From: Sumerlaeia bacterium
GTDB lineage: Bacteria; Sumerlaeota; Sumerlaeia; SLMS01; JAHLLQ01
DNA length: 64,000 nucleotides
Direction of reading: 5' to 3'
NCBI GenBank assembly: GCA_040219255.1
Contig: JAVJSW010000012.1
Coordinates: forward strand, 1 to 64,000
The first letter of the stretch is position 1, and every line of letters starts with the position of its first letter. Made by a program: the position numbers and the translations under genes. A model generated the notes under the pieces. It was not told the DNA's origin, did no database searches, and saw only the letters and a program-made list of their open reading frames with translations. Shown here piece by piece: positions 1-7,939 of this stretch.

Positions 1-140
1 ATCCTGGCTGCGTTGGCGAGCGTAACTCCCGCGGTGTCAACGTGCTGACGCTCTCGCCGACGCTCCGCATTTACCTCTGCTCGGCGCCGACGGATATGCG
101 CCGGGGCTTTGATCGCCTGGCCGCGGAGGCCCGCGCGGTG
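1..140 (+). mobile_element. Truncated IS66-family copy (3' end of tnpA plus 5' part of tnpB), inverted relative to the copy at 141-831
   Basis: GTG at 42 opens LTLSPTLRIYLCSAPTDMRRGFDRL (TnpB 'DMRxGFDGL'-like motif); 1-140 is the reverse complement of ~212-351 with about 4 mismatches. Confidence 0.8.
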
Positions 141-310
141 AGGACTTTCAAGCGATCGCCGAGCTTATTGCGAAAGACGAAAAGGTGCCCCGAAAGCGGG
201 TCCTCGTCCACCACCGCGCGGGCCTCCGCGGCCAGGCGATCAAAGCCCCGGCGCATGTCCGTCGGCGCCGAGCAGAGGTAAATGCGGAGCGTTGGCGAGA
301 GCGTCAGCAC
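141..310 (-). pseudogene. tnpB: IS66 accessory protein TnpB, C-terminally truncated
   Basis: IYLCSAPTDMRRGFDRL...DPLSGHLFVFRNKLGDRLKVL, then homology breaks at the inversion junction. Confidence 0.85.
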
Positions 311-747
311 GTTGACACCGCCGGAGTTACGCTCGCCAACGCAGCCAGGAGCCGGCACAAATCGCGCTCGTCGAACGCCGGCGGCACGCGCACCGTCGCC
401 GGACCGATCACGACCTCCAGCCAGGCGCCGCGTTCTTGATCGTTCTGGCCCAGCGCTTGACTATCGGTTTTATCGATTTTATCTTCACCAACCTGCGAAA
501 CACGCACCTCGCGGAAGCTGATCGCCCGCGACTCCGAAGCGGTCCGGCCGCCTTGCCGATCGTGTTCCACATCGCCCCGCCCTTCGGTGGCAAAGCGCTT
601 GCGCCAAGAGATAAACGACTGATAGCTCAAGCCTTGCTCGCGGCAGAAGGCGGCGGCCGAGAGTCCGCTAAGCTCCTGCTGGGCGACAGCTGCCTGCCAG
701 TGCGTTCGCTTTGCGCCGGATGTGAAGCCGGGGGTGTTGTATTCCAT
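304..747 (-). CDS. tnpA: IS66 accessory protein TnpA (HTH)
   Basis: W...QELSGLSAAAFCREQGLSYQSFISWRKRF motif; C-terminal LEVVIG..TVRV; stop overlaps tnpB start (GTGCTGA). Confidence 0.88.
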   Translation of the reverse strand: MEYNTPGFTSGAKRTHWQAAVAQQELSGLSAAAFCREQGLSYQSFISWRKRFATEGRGDVEHDRQGGRTASESRAISFREVRVSQVGEDKIDKTDSQALGQNDQERGAWLEVVIGPATVRVPPAFDERDLCRLLAALASVTPAVSTC

Positions 748-890
748 GACCTGCTCTCCGTGTATAAAATGAGGAGGCAGAATCGCACAGAGCCCCGGCG
801 ATGGTCAAGATGGGGCTCGTAGGACGTTTACCGACACGGCGCGAAAGCCGGGGTTGAAACGCCAGGGCGGGTTGTGCAGGGTGATTCATG

Positions 891-956
891 GTCAGGCCTG
901 GTTGAAATGAGCTTCAATGGTTGGCGCTAATGAAGTTAACAACAACCGGGCCTGAC
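891..956. repeat. 14-bp inverted repeat (GTCAGGCCTGGTTG / CAACCGGGCCTGAC), possible hairpin downstream of the immunity gene
   Basis: Arms at 891-904 and 943-956, one mismatch. Confidence 0.5.
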
Positions 957-1041
957 TTGTGTTTTTGGGGTGTGAGAAATTGGGGCTAGAGATTACAAAG
1001 CTGAAGGCAATATCTAGGAAAATCTCAATCGCACCGACAAT

Positions 1042-1524
1042 TTATTTAGGCCTTAGGAATATCAAGCCTTCGCCTAAGTCTGAAAGCCAAGAAGAAGCTC
1101 TCTCTAGTATTTGACTATCCATAATTATCTCTTCGAAGGTGCTTTGTATACTAAGATCCAAAACCCCCTCTATAACAAAAAAATTTTCTTCGTCACTTAC
1201 TTCCAGGGAGCCCAACAGCACATTGTTGCAATATGCATACATGCCGCATATCTTCCAATCAACATCAAACACGGGAGCCTTAAAAAAACGTCGAGCAAAA
1301 CTCTTGTCTTCTATTTTTAGCCAAAATGCATAGTACCCAGGCTCAGACAAAGATTCATCTCTAGAAAAGTTAGGAACATCCAAAAAAGCACTGTTTCCAG
1401 AGTACAATAATAAACTGTCACTGACATCTAAAATCCAATCCAATAGGATATCCCAGTACTCAATTAGAAAAGCTCCATTATCGCCTAACTCGCCCAAATA
1501 TACAAGATTTTTCATAAAATTCAT
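1042..1524 (-). CDS. Putative immunity protein for the upstream polymorphic toxin
   Basis: AT-rich ORF (~160 aa, acidic/aromatic) starting 4 nt after the toxin stop; typical toxin-immunity layout. Confidence 0.7.
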   Translation of the reverse strand: MNFMKNLVYLGELGDNGAFLIEYWDILLDWILDVSDSLLLYSGNSAFLDVPNFSRDESLSEPGYYAFWLKIEDKSFARRFFKAPVFDVDWKICGMYAYCNNVLLGSLEVSDEENFFVIEGVLDLSIQSTFEEIIMDSQILERASSWLSDLGEGLIFLRPK

Positions 1525-1528
1525 CAAC

Positions 1529-2497
1529 CTAGTTATTTGTTGTTGGAAGATTATCTCCTGGGGCAAATGTTCCGCCGCCGGGCTGTGCTGGCGTATTGGG
1601 ATCGTGATTCTTCAACCTAAAATAATCCGGAACAGTCTTCCCAGGCTTTGGTTGCTCTGCTTGCTTCTTAACATGATAGTGGTCACCATCAAAGTGTTCT
1701 GTACCGCCATGATCAGGGTGGTATTCCACTTTATAATTCTTCCCCCCTGCTTCAACATCATAGACTATTTTCCCATCCGGCTTCACAGTCTTTGTCATAC
1801 CAGGATAGTTTTCTGGAAAGAGTTCAGTTGGATTTTCTGGAAAGACGCTTTTCTTCGGCCCCTTATTATGCACCAAAATCCCCTGCTCGCCCACCCGGTA
1901 TACGTGGGCCCGGTGCACCTCCAGGTTATACACCTTGTGCAGTCCCGGCACCTCGCGCCGTTCGAGCAATTTCGCCCGGCCCCCGTCGGCCGTTTGCACC
2001 TCCTCGCCGATGGCCAGAGCCCCCGCCTCCACCCAGTCCGAGCGCGTCTCGGACCAGAACGGATGGCTTGCCGTCACCCCGATGGGTTCGCCCTCGCTGC
2101 CCGAGAACACCAGCTCCTGCACCTGCGCCCCGTCGTGCACGAACTTGCCGATGACCGTCTCCGACCCGGGCCGCTTCGGCTTGATGGGAGGGCAGGGGCC
2201 CAGCGAAACGACCTTCGCCGGGCCGACCGCGCCCATCTCCGCCAGGTCCAGGTGGATGACGTCGCCCGCTTCGTCGATTTGCCGCTCCTCGAGCCACCAC
2301 GCCGGCCTCAGGAGGCCGACCTCGACCCGGTGGCCGCCTTCCTTGTCCATGACGAACTGCACCTGGAGCCAAGTCGCCGGATCGACCGGTTCGTCGTCGT
2401 AGGAGCGGCCAGAGGCCTCGGTGGAAGCGACGGCGAGGAGAAAGAGTGCCGTTAGCAGTAGCGCCCATAGGGCTCGGGGAATGGAGAACCTGTTCAT
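1529..2497 (-). CDS. Polymorphic toxin: signal peptide, pretoxin Hint domain (N-terminal block missing), C-terminal His-rich toxin domain
   Basis: Hint motifs GVTASHPFW, WVEAGAL..GE, VYNLEV..AHVYRVG..GILVHN; GC drops sharply after HN (~1864); hydrophobic N-terminus. Confidence 0.85.
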   Translation of the reverse strand: MNRFSIPRALWALLLTALFLLAVASTEASGRSYDDEPVDPATWLQVQFVMDKEGGHRVEVGLLRPAWWLEERQIDEAGDVIHLDLAEMGAVGPAKVVSLGPCPPIKPKRPGSETVIGKFVHDGAQVQELVFSGSEGEPIGVTASHPFWSETRSDWVEAGALAIGEEVQTADGGRAKLLERREVPGLHKVYNLEVHRAHVYRVGEQGILVHNKGPKKSVFPENPTELFPENYPGMTKTVKPDGKIVYDVEAGGKNYKVEYHPDHGGTEHFDGDHYHVKKQAEQPKPGKTVPDYFRLKNHDPNTPAQPGGGTFAPGDNLPTTNN

Positions 2498-2529
2498 CGG
2501 GAGAGCTTCTAACATCGGGGTCTTGTCCT

Positions 2530-2898
2530 TTACCAATCCGCTTGCACAGCGATGCGTGTGGCGCCGGCGGGGAATTCGTAGTCGAGGGTTACCTGACGAG
2601 GGTCCGAGCCGCTCGGGACAGAGGTGGTCACTTCATCCCAAGCTCCGGTCTCGGCGGTGAAAAGGCAGCGAAGTGTGGCGCTGGTGGGGACTCCATTCGT
2701 TTCAATAACCACGGGTAGCAGCCCTGTCGAGCCCAGAGAGGCATCGGGGGTGTAGTAGCCAGGAGTAGGGCCCCCAACAGCCACACTTCGCGCCGCAAGC
2801 CTGCGAAACATCGCTGGACTCTCTTGCGGGGGGTCGGTCATAGGCTGATGGGTCAGGGTTTTCGCGGGATGCGGGGTGGCCCTCGGACCTTTTTTCAT
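2530..2898 (-). CDS. Hypothetical protein or gene fragment (beta-rich C-terminal part)
   Basis: ORF co-oriented directly upstream of the toxin; second half looks protein-like, start uncertain. Confidence 0.3.
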   Translation of the reverse strand: MKKGPRATPHPAKTLTHQPMTDPPQESPAMFRRLAARSVAVGGPTPGYYTPDASLGSTGLLPVVIETNGVPTSATLRCLFTAETGAWDEVTTSVPSGSDPRQVTLDYEFPAGATRIAVQADW

Positions 2899-2924
2899 TC
2901 CTGATTCAAAGGACTCGCCTGCCG

Positions 2925-4517
2925 ATGGCCAGAGCCGACAACGATCTCGATGGCGCCCGATGTGTGGTGATTGGGGCTGGAATGGGGGGGCTGTGCGCGG
3001 CGATCGCGCTGGCGGCGCGGGGGGCGAAGGTGCGGGTGCTGGAGCGGGCGCCCCAACCCGGCGGCCGGGCGCAGCGCATCGCGTTGGGCGGTTACTCCTT
3101 CGACATTGGCGAGCCGTACATTCTGATGCCTCAGTTCCTGGGCCAGGTGTTTTCGGCGGCGGGGCTGCGGCTGAACGATTTTTTGGATTTGCAGCCGTTG
3201 GCGACGCCGACGCGGGTGGTGATGCCTGTGGCGGCGGAGGGCGAGGAGCCGGCGCGGGTGGATCTGCATCGCGAGCAGGAGGCGCTGGAGGCGGAGTTCG
3301 CGCGGTTTTCGGAGATCGACGCGGGGCGGGTGGCGCCGTTTCTGCGCCGGGCGGCGAAGTTGCAGCGGGCTTCCGAGCTGAAGCATCATTTGCTGCCGGG
3401 GGGGCGGCTGTCGGCGAGCCCGCGGCGCGGGGCGGACACGATGTTGTGGCGGGGGCGGGGGCTGGATCCGCGCAGTTACGAGGCGATGCTGCGGCGGGCG
3501 TTCCGCCACGAGACGGTGCGGCGGGCGATGGGGGCGTTGACGCACCGGCTGGGGCTTTCGCCGCATCAGACGAGCGCCGTGGCGATGGTGCGGGGGGCTT
3601 TGGCGCCGCGCAAGGGGGCGTGGGTTCCGGTGGGCGGCATGGGGGCGATCGTGCCGGCGCTGCTGCGGGTGGCGGGGGAATTGGGGGTGCAGATCGCCTG
3701 TGGCCGGGAAGTCGAGCGCATCGAACTGGAAGGCGGGCGCGTGCGGGCCGTGATCGGCATTGGGCCCGATGGCAAGCCGATGAAGGCTCTGCGGGCGGAC
3801 GTGGTGGTTTCGACGCTGGATCCGGTGGCGACGATGAAGCGCATGATGCCCCAGACGCGGAACGTGCAGCGTGAGTTGAGCCATCGGCAGCGGGCGCGGC
3901 TGGGCCGCAGCGGGTTCCTGTGGATGGTGGGCGTGCGGGAAGTGCCCGCTCTCTTCGAGCATCCAGAGACGATTTTCCTGCCGGAGAACGAAGCGGAGAC
4001 GGCGCGCCAGATGGACCAATGGCGCGTGCCGGCGCATCGCCCGCCGCTGTTCGTGTGGAACGGCAGCGCGGCCACGCCGGGGCTGGCGCCCGAGAGCGGC
4101 GGGGCCCTGCAATTCTTCCTGCCCATGCCGGCTCACGACGCGAGCCGTTGGCGGTGGGACGACGCCGCCGCCGACCGCACCCGCGAGGAGTTGCTGGAGC
4201 GGCTGGAAGGTTTGGGGCTGGAGGGTTTCGAGGACTTGATCGAGGAAGAGCGGATGGTCACCCCCGGGGAATTCGCGACCGATCCCTGGCGGACCGGCGG
4301 GGTGCTGTTTGGGCGGCGGAGCTGCGGCTTCGGGCTGGGCGAGGGGCGCCTCGCGGGCAATGGGGCTTCGCGTGTGCCGGGGCTGTTCTTTGCGGGGGCG
4401 TGGGCGCCGCCGGGGCCGATTCTGCCGCTGATCGCGGCGGGGGCGATGCGGGCGGCGGACGGGGCGGCGGACGACTTCCGAACCACGCGGGCGGTGCGTC
4501 AGGCGATGGCGCGGTAG
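2925..4517 (+). CDS. Phytoene desaturase (CrtI)-family FAD-dependent oxidoreductase, divergent
   Basis: VIGAGMGGL...VLER...PGGR...GYSFDIG FAD-binding start; PVGGMGAI; C-terminal VPGLFFAGA. Confidence 0.8.
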   Translation: MARADNDLDGARCVVIGAGMGGLCAAIALAARGAKVRVLERAPQPGGRAQRIALGGYSFDIGEPYILMPQFLGQVFSAAGLRLNDFLDLQPLATPTRVVMPVAAEGEEPARVDLHREQEALEAEFARFSEIDAGRVAPFLRRAAKLQRASELKHHLLPGGRLSASPRRGADTMLWRGRGLDPRSYEAMLRRAFRHETVRRAMGALTHRLGLSPHQTSAVAMVRGALAPRKGAWVPVGGMGAIVPALLRVAGELGVQIACGREVERIELEGGRVRAVIGIGPDGKPMKALRADVVVSTLDPVATMKRMMPQTRNVQRELSHRQRARLGRSGFLWMVGVREVPALFEHPETIFLPENEAETARQMDQWRVPAHRPPLFVWNGSAATPGLAPESGGALQFFLPMPAHDASRWRWDDAAADRTREELLERLEGLGLEGFEDLIEEERMVTPGEFATDPWRTGGVLFGRRSCGFGLGEGRLAGNGASRVPGLFFAGAWAPPGPILPLIAAGAMRAADGAADDFRTTRAVRQAMAR

Positions 4518-4549
4518 AACCGTGGCCGATAGGATTTCTGGGCAGAAGA

Positions 4550-4609
4550 TGTGATGTATCCGCACACGGGTCTTGACTGCACCGAGCAAGTCTGTGACAT
4601 TTCCGCACA
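4550..4609 (+). promoter_or_regulatory. Putative sigma70 promoter flanked by two operator copies (TGTGA..T.TCCGCACA) upstream of the TA pair
   Basis: TGTGATGTATCCGCACA 4550-4566 and TGTGACATTTCCGCACA 4593-4609; TTGACT at 4573 with 17 bp spacing to GACATT (extended TG). Confidence 0.6.
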
Positions 4610-4624
4610 GGATGGCTGCAAACG

Positions 4625-4972
4625 GTGGCAGAGGAACCGGAAGAAAAAGCAGTTCCCAAGCAGCGCAGCCCGTGGGCGATCCGGCATGCTCGGGCGAGCA
4701 TTGAAATCGGTACTTTTTTCATTCACGGCCATGCCAGGGATCGCATGAGAACGCGTGGCATAACTCGTGACGAAGTCATCGCTGTTATTCGCACCGCCGA
4801 GACCCACGCCGAAGAACGATTTCTTAAGCATGCCAGCCCCCCGAACTGGTATTACACTCTGGAGAGCGTCGTCGAAGGCCGGTTCTTGAGAGTCGTTCTT
4901 TACCTGACCGAGATCGAAGGACAAGACGGTAAGAGAACAACCGTTTACACCGTAATCGACCTCGACGGTTGA
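4625..4972 (+). CDS. DUF4258-like putative type II toxin
   Basis: HARDRMRTRGITRDEVIAVI motif; LRVV...TTVYTVI C-terminus; upstream of an HTH gene. Confidence 0.75.
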   Translation: MAEEPEEKAVPKQRSPWAIRHARASIEIGTFFIHGHARDRMRTRGITRDEVIAVIRTAETHAEERFLKHASPPNWYYTLESVVEGRFLRVVLYLTEIEGQDGKRTTVYTVIDLDG

Positions 4973-5020
4973 GCCCCCTCTCAGCCCCTTGCTCATCCAA
5001 CTCATCCAAGGACCCAACCC

Positions 5021-5623
5021 ATGAATCGTGAAGAAGCCGACGAAGAACTGACCCGCGAATTGGAGAACTTCGTTCCCGAATCCCCCCGCATCTTTGAATT
5101 GCGGGAAGGCGAAAGCGTGGATTTCTCGGAAATTGGCGTCCGTGGCTTCCGGCTGGCGGGCAAAGGTCTGAAGGTGGCGGAATGGTCTGACGGCAGCCGC
5201 AGCGTGATGGGCCCCGCCCAAGCAGTTGTCGAGGTCATCGAGAAGTGGGCTTTTGTCCTGCTCGTCGGCTCGGCCTCGCCGCGCCATCTCGATGGCCGGG
5301 AGATCGCCCTGCTGCGCCGCCAGGCCGGGTTGACGCAGGAAACGCTGGCGAGCGCTCTTGGCGTGGCCCGCGAGCACCTCAGCCGGATGGAGCGCTGCCG
5401 CGAGCCAGTGACGAAGACGATGTCGCTGGCGGTTCTTCGGGTGATGGAATCGCACCTTCCCGCCGTCGTGAACGCTCTACCCGCGGACACGCGCCAAGCC
5501 AACGCGGCCGTGCTCGCCGCGGTTCAGGATCGGTTGACCGCCGCGTTCGCTGGCGAATATCCCGCAACGCACCTTCCGGGCGGCACGACCGCCACGCTGA
5601 CCGCTCTCCCGGCGGAGGCCTGA
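5021..5623 (+). CDS. XRE/MqsA-like HTH antitoxin or regulator
   Basis: LDGREIALLRRQAGLTQETLASALGVAREHLSRMER HTH_3 pattern. Confidence 0.8.
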   Translation: MNREEADEELTRELENFVPESPRIFELREGESVDFSEIGVRGFRLAGKGLKVAEWSDGSRSVMGPAQAVVEVIEKWAFVLLVGSASPRHLDGREIALLRRQAGLTQETLASALGVAREHLSRMERCREPVTKTMSLAVLRVMESHLPAVVNALPADTRQANAAVLAAVQDRLTAAFAGEYPATHLPGGTTATLTALPAEA

Positions 5624-5796
5624 GAGTTGCCGCTGGGTTGCGTTCGATTAAGAGTCAGGCTCTTGAGCGGCGGGAAGAATAATCCGCCACGTCGCGCGTA
5701 GGAGAGACAAAGACTTGCCCGGTTCGCGCCGGGGTGGTTCTTTTTCTTCAGCCCCAGAGTGCGAACGCCAGGAAGCGACGTCCCTCCCTCCGCCCC

Positions 5797-6867
5797 ATGA
5801 GCCAGCAACGCCAATTTCCCTGCCCGTCCTGTGGCGCCAAGTTCGAGTTCGATCCCGGCGCGGCGACGTTGCGTTGCCCCTACTGCGAGCACGTGGAGGA
5901 AATCCCCCAGTCCGCCGAGCAAGTGCGCGAGATGGATTTCCACCGCTACTTCGCGGCCGCCGAAGTCACCCAGGAAGTGATCGCCGGGTCCGCCTGCGAG
6001 GTCGATTGCGTGGCGTGCGGGGCCAGCGTGGACCTGCCGGCGAACGTCTCGGCGGACGAGTGCCCCTTCTGCGGGACGCATCTGTCGAACCCCGCGCACC
6101 AGCCCAAGTCGGTCATGAAACCCCAGGCGATTCTGCCCTTCGCGATCGAGAAGCGGCAGGCGCTGGAGTCCCTGCGCAACTGGATCAAGGGCCGATGGTT
6201 CGCGCCCAACGATTTCAAGAAGCTGGCCCGTGAGGGCAAAATGGAGGGTATGTACGTCCCCTACTGGACCTACGATTCGTACACGATTTCGTACTACTCG
6301 GGCGAGCGCGGCGACGCCTACTGGGTGACGGTGAAGGACAGCCAGGGCAACAACCGGCGCGAACGCCGCGTGCGATGGAGCCACAAGCGCGGCCGGGTCG
6401 ATCATTTCTTCGACGACGTGCTGGTCTGCGCCAGCCAGGGCCTGCCGCCCAAGTACATCGACAAGCTCGAACCGTGGGATCTGCCCAATCTGGTCGATGC
6501 GCGCGAGGACTACCTGGCCGGGTTCCGGGCCGAGCGCTATCAGGTCGATGCGAAGGAGGGGTTCGCCCATGCCCGCGTCAAAATGGACTCGTCGATCCGC
6601 GGCCTCGTTCGGCGCGACATCGGCGGCGACGAGCAGCGTATCCACAGCATCCGCACCCAGCACGAGGCCGTGACCTTCAAGCACGTCCTGCTGCCCATCT
6701 GGCTGACGGCTTACCGCTACCGCAACGAGCCCTACCGCGTTCTGATCAATGCCCGAACCGGCGAAGTGCAGGGCGAGCGGCCCTGGAGCTGGATCAAGAT
6801 CACGCTGGCGGTGCTGGCGGCGCTTGCCGTGGCGGGCATCGTCGCGGCTGTCAGCCAGATGAAATAG
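5797..6867 (+). CDS. Zinc-ribbon membrane-anchored protein (family often mislabelled primosomal protein N')
   Basis: CPSCGA, CPYC, CVACGA, CPFCG knuckles; YVPYWTYD; LLPIW...INARTGEVQGERP; C-terminal TM helix. Confidence 0.8.
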   Translation: MSQQRQFPCPSCGAKFEFDPGAATLRCPYCEHVEEIPQSAEQVREMDFHRYFAAAEVTQEVIAGSACEVDCVACGASVDLPANVSADECPFCGTHLSNPAHQPKSVMKPQAILPFAIEKRQALESLRNWIKGRWFAPNDFKKLAREGKMEGMYVPYWTYDSYTISYYSGERGDAYWVTVKDSQGNNRRERRVRWSHKRGRVDHFFDDVLVCASQGLPPKYIDKLEPWDLPNLVDAREDYLAGFRAERYQVDAKEGFAHARVKMDSSIRGLVRRDIGGDEQRIHSIRTQHEAVTFKHVLLPIWLTAYRYRNEPYRVLINARTGEVQGERPWSWIKITLAVLAALAVAGIVAAVSQMK

Positions 6868-6992
6868 GCTCGCGTCCCGATCCGTCGTAAATTCGCCCAG
6901 CGGCACGCTGTCCGATCGTTTGCCCATTTGATAGCATTGAGGATAGCGAACGTCATCCGGTGGCGCTCTCGCAATCTCGGTGAAAACACCGT

Positions 6993-7015
6993 CCTCGGTG
7001 GTACTCGGTGGGAAA
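6993..7015 (-). repeat. Degenerate solo arm of the dispersed CACGGAG/CACCGAG repeat family
   Basis: Reverse complement TTTCCCACCGAGTACCACCGAGG resembles the arm at 24872. Confidence 0.4.
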
Positions 7016-7120
7016 GGATCGGGGAGAATCACGCCTTCGGGCACTTCGCCCTTGAAGTCGTGGGGTCAAAGTGGGGGATGATCCCGCCGTAAGCCCACGC
7101 GCGGGAAGCAGGCCGTCCCC

Positions 7121-7939
7121 TTGGAAACGATCGTCTCCATCATCAAGCTCATCAAGTCGTTGTTCTCCAACATGGAGATCCGCGATGGCCTCGACATTCT
7201 CATGGTCGGGACGGTCTTTTTCCTGCTGTTCGTGCTGCTGCGGCATTCGCGAAATCAGGTCGCGCTGCGGGGGCTGATCGTCATTCTGGTGTCGTCCTTC
7301 GTGGTGTACCTGCTGACGATTTTCGGCGAGTTGAGCGCCTCGCGCACGCTGCTCGAGCGACTCTGGATTTTCATCGCTCTCGTGTTCCTCATCTCGTTCC
7401 AGAACGAATTCCGGCGTGCCCTGACGGACTTCGGACGCCTGCCGCTGTTCCGCGTGCTCTTCCGGCAGGAAACGGAAGCCATCGAGGAAATCATCAAGGC
7501 CGTCGCCCGCCTTTCCGAGAAGCGCGTCGGCGCGTTGATTTGCCTCGAACGGCGCTCGGACCTGCGCTCGGCGGTGGACAAGGGAACGGACCTGGACGCG
7601 CAGATCAGCAGCGAACTGATCCGCACGATTTTCGCCATGTACACGCCGCTGCACGATGGCGCGGTCATCATCCGCAACAACCGGATCGTGGCGGCGGGGT
7701 GCCTGCTGCCGCTGTCGCGCCAGGATCTGCCCAAGGACCTCGGCACGCGACACCGGGCGGCGCTTGGCCTCGCCGAAGAAACCGACGGTGTCGTGATTGT
7801 CGTCAGCGAAGAGACGGGTACGATTTCGCTGACTTACGACTCGCAGATCGACCGGCCCGAAACCCCCGAATCGCTGAGGACCAAGCTCTTCCGCCTGTTC
7901 GAGATCGAAGAAGAGGACGGCAATGAAGAAGCCGCCTAG
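7121..7939 (+). CDS. cdaA: Diadenylate cyclase CdaA (c-di-AMP synthase)
   Basis: 3 TM helices, FQNEFRRAL, catalytic LHDGA and LGTRHRAA motifs, VSEETG. Confidence 0.95.
   Translation: METIVSIIKLIKSLFSNMEIRDGLDILMVGTVFFLLFVLLRHSRNQVALRGLIVILVSSFVVYLLTIFGELSASRTLLERLWIFIALVFLISFQNEFRRALTDFGRLPLFRVLFRQETEAIEEIIKAVARLSEKRVGALICLERRSDLRSAVDKGTDLDAQISSELIRTIFAMYTPLHDGAVIIRNNRIVAAGCLLPLSRQDLPKDLGTRHRAALGLAEETDGVVIVVSEETGTISLTYDSQIDRPETPESLRTKLFRLFEIEEEDGNEEAA

Larger units (their letters stand above)
141..831 (-). mobile_element. Partial IS66-family element: left IR, tnpA, truncated tnpB; tnpC transposase absent
   Basis: Minus strand from 831 reads GTAAACGTCCTACGAGCCCC (IS66 ends start GTAA), followed by tnpA and overlapping tnpB. 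Confidence 0.85.

Noticed and set aside
1865-2400. Self-splicing intein with homing endonuclease
   Set aside because: No N-terminal Cys/Ser block, the +1 residue is Lys, and there is no LAGLIDADG motif; it fits a pretoxin Hint domain.
5797-6867. Primosomal protein N' / helicase label
   Set aside because: No Walker or helicase motifs; only zinc ribbons and a TM anchor.
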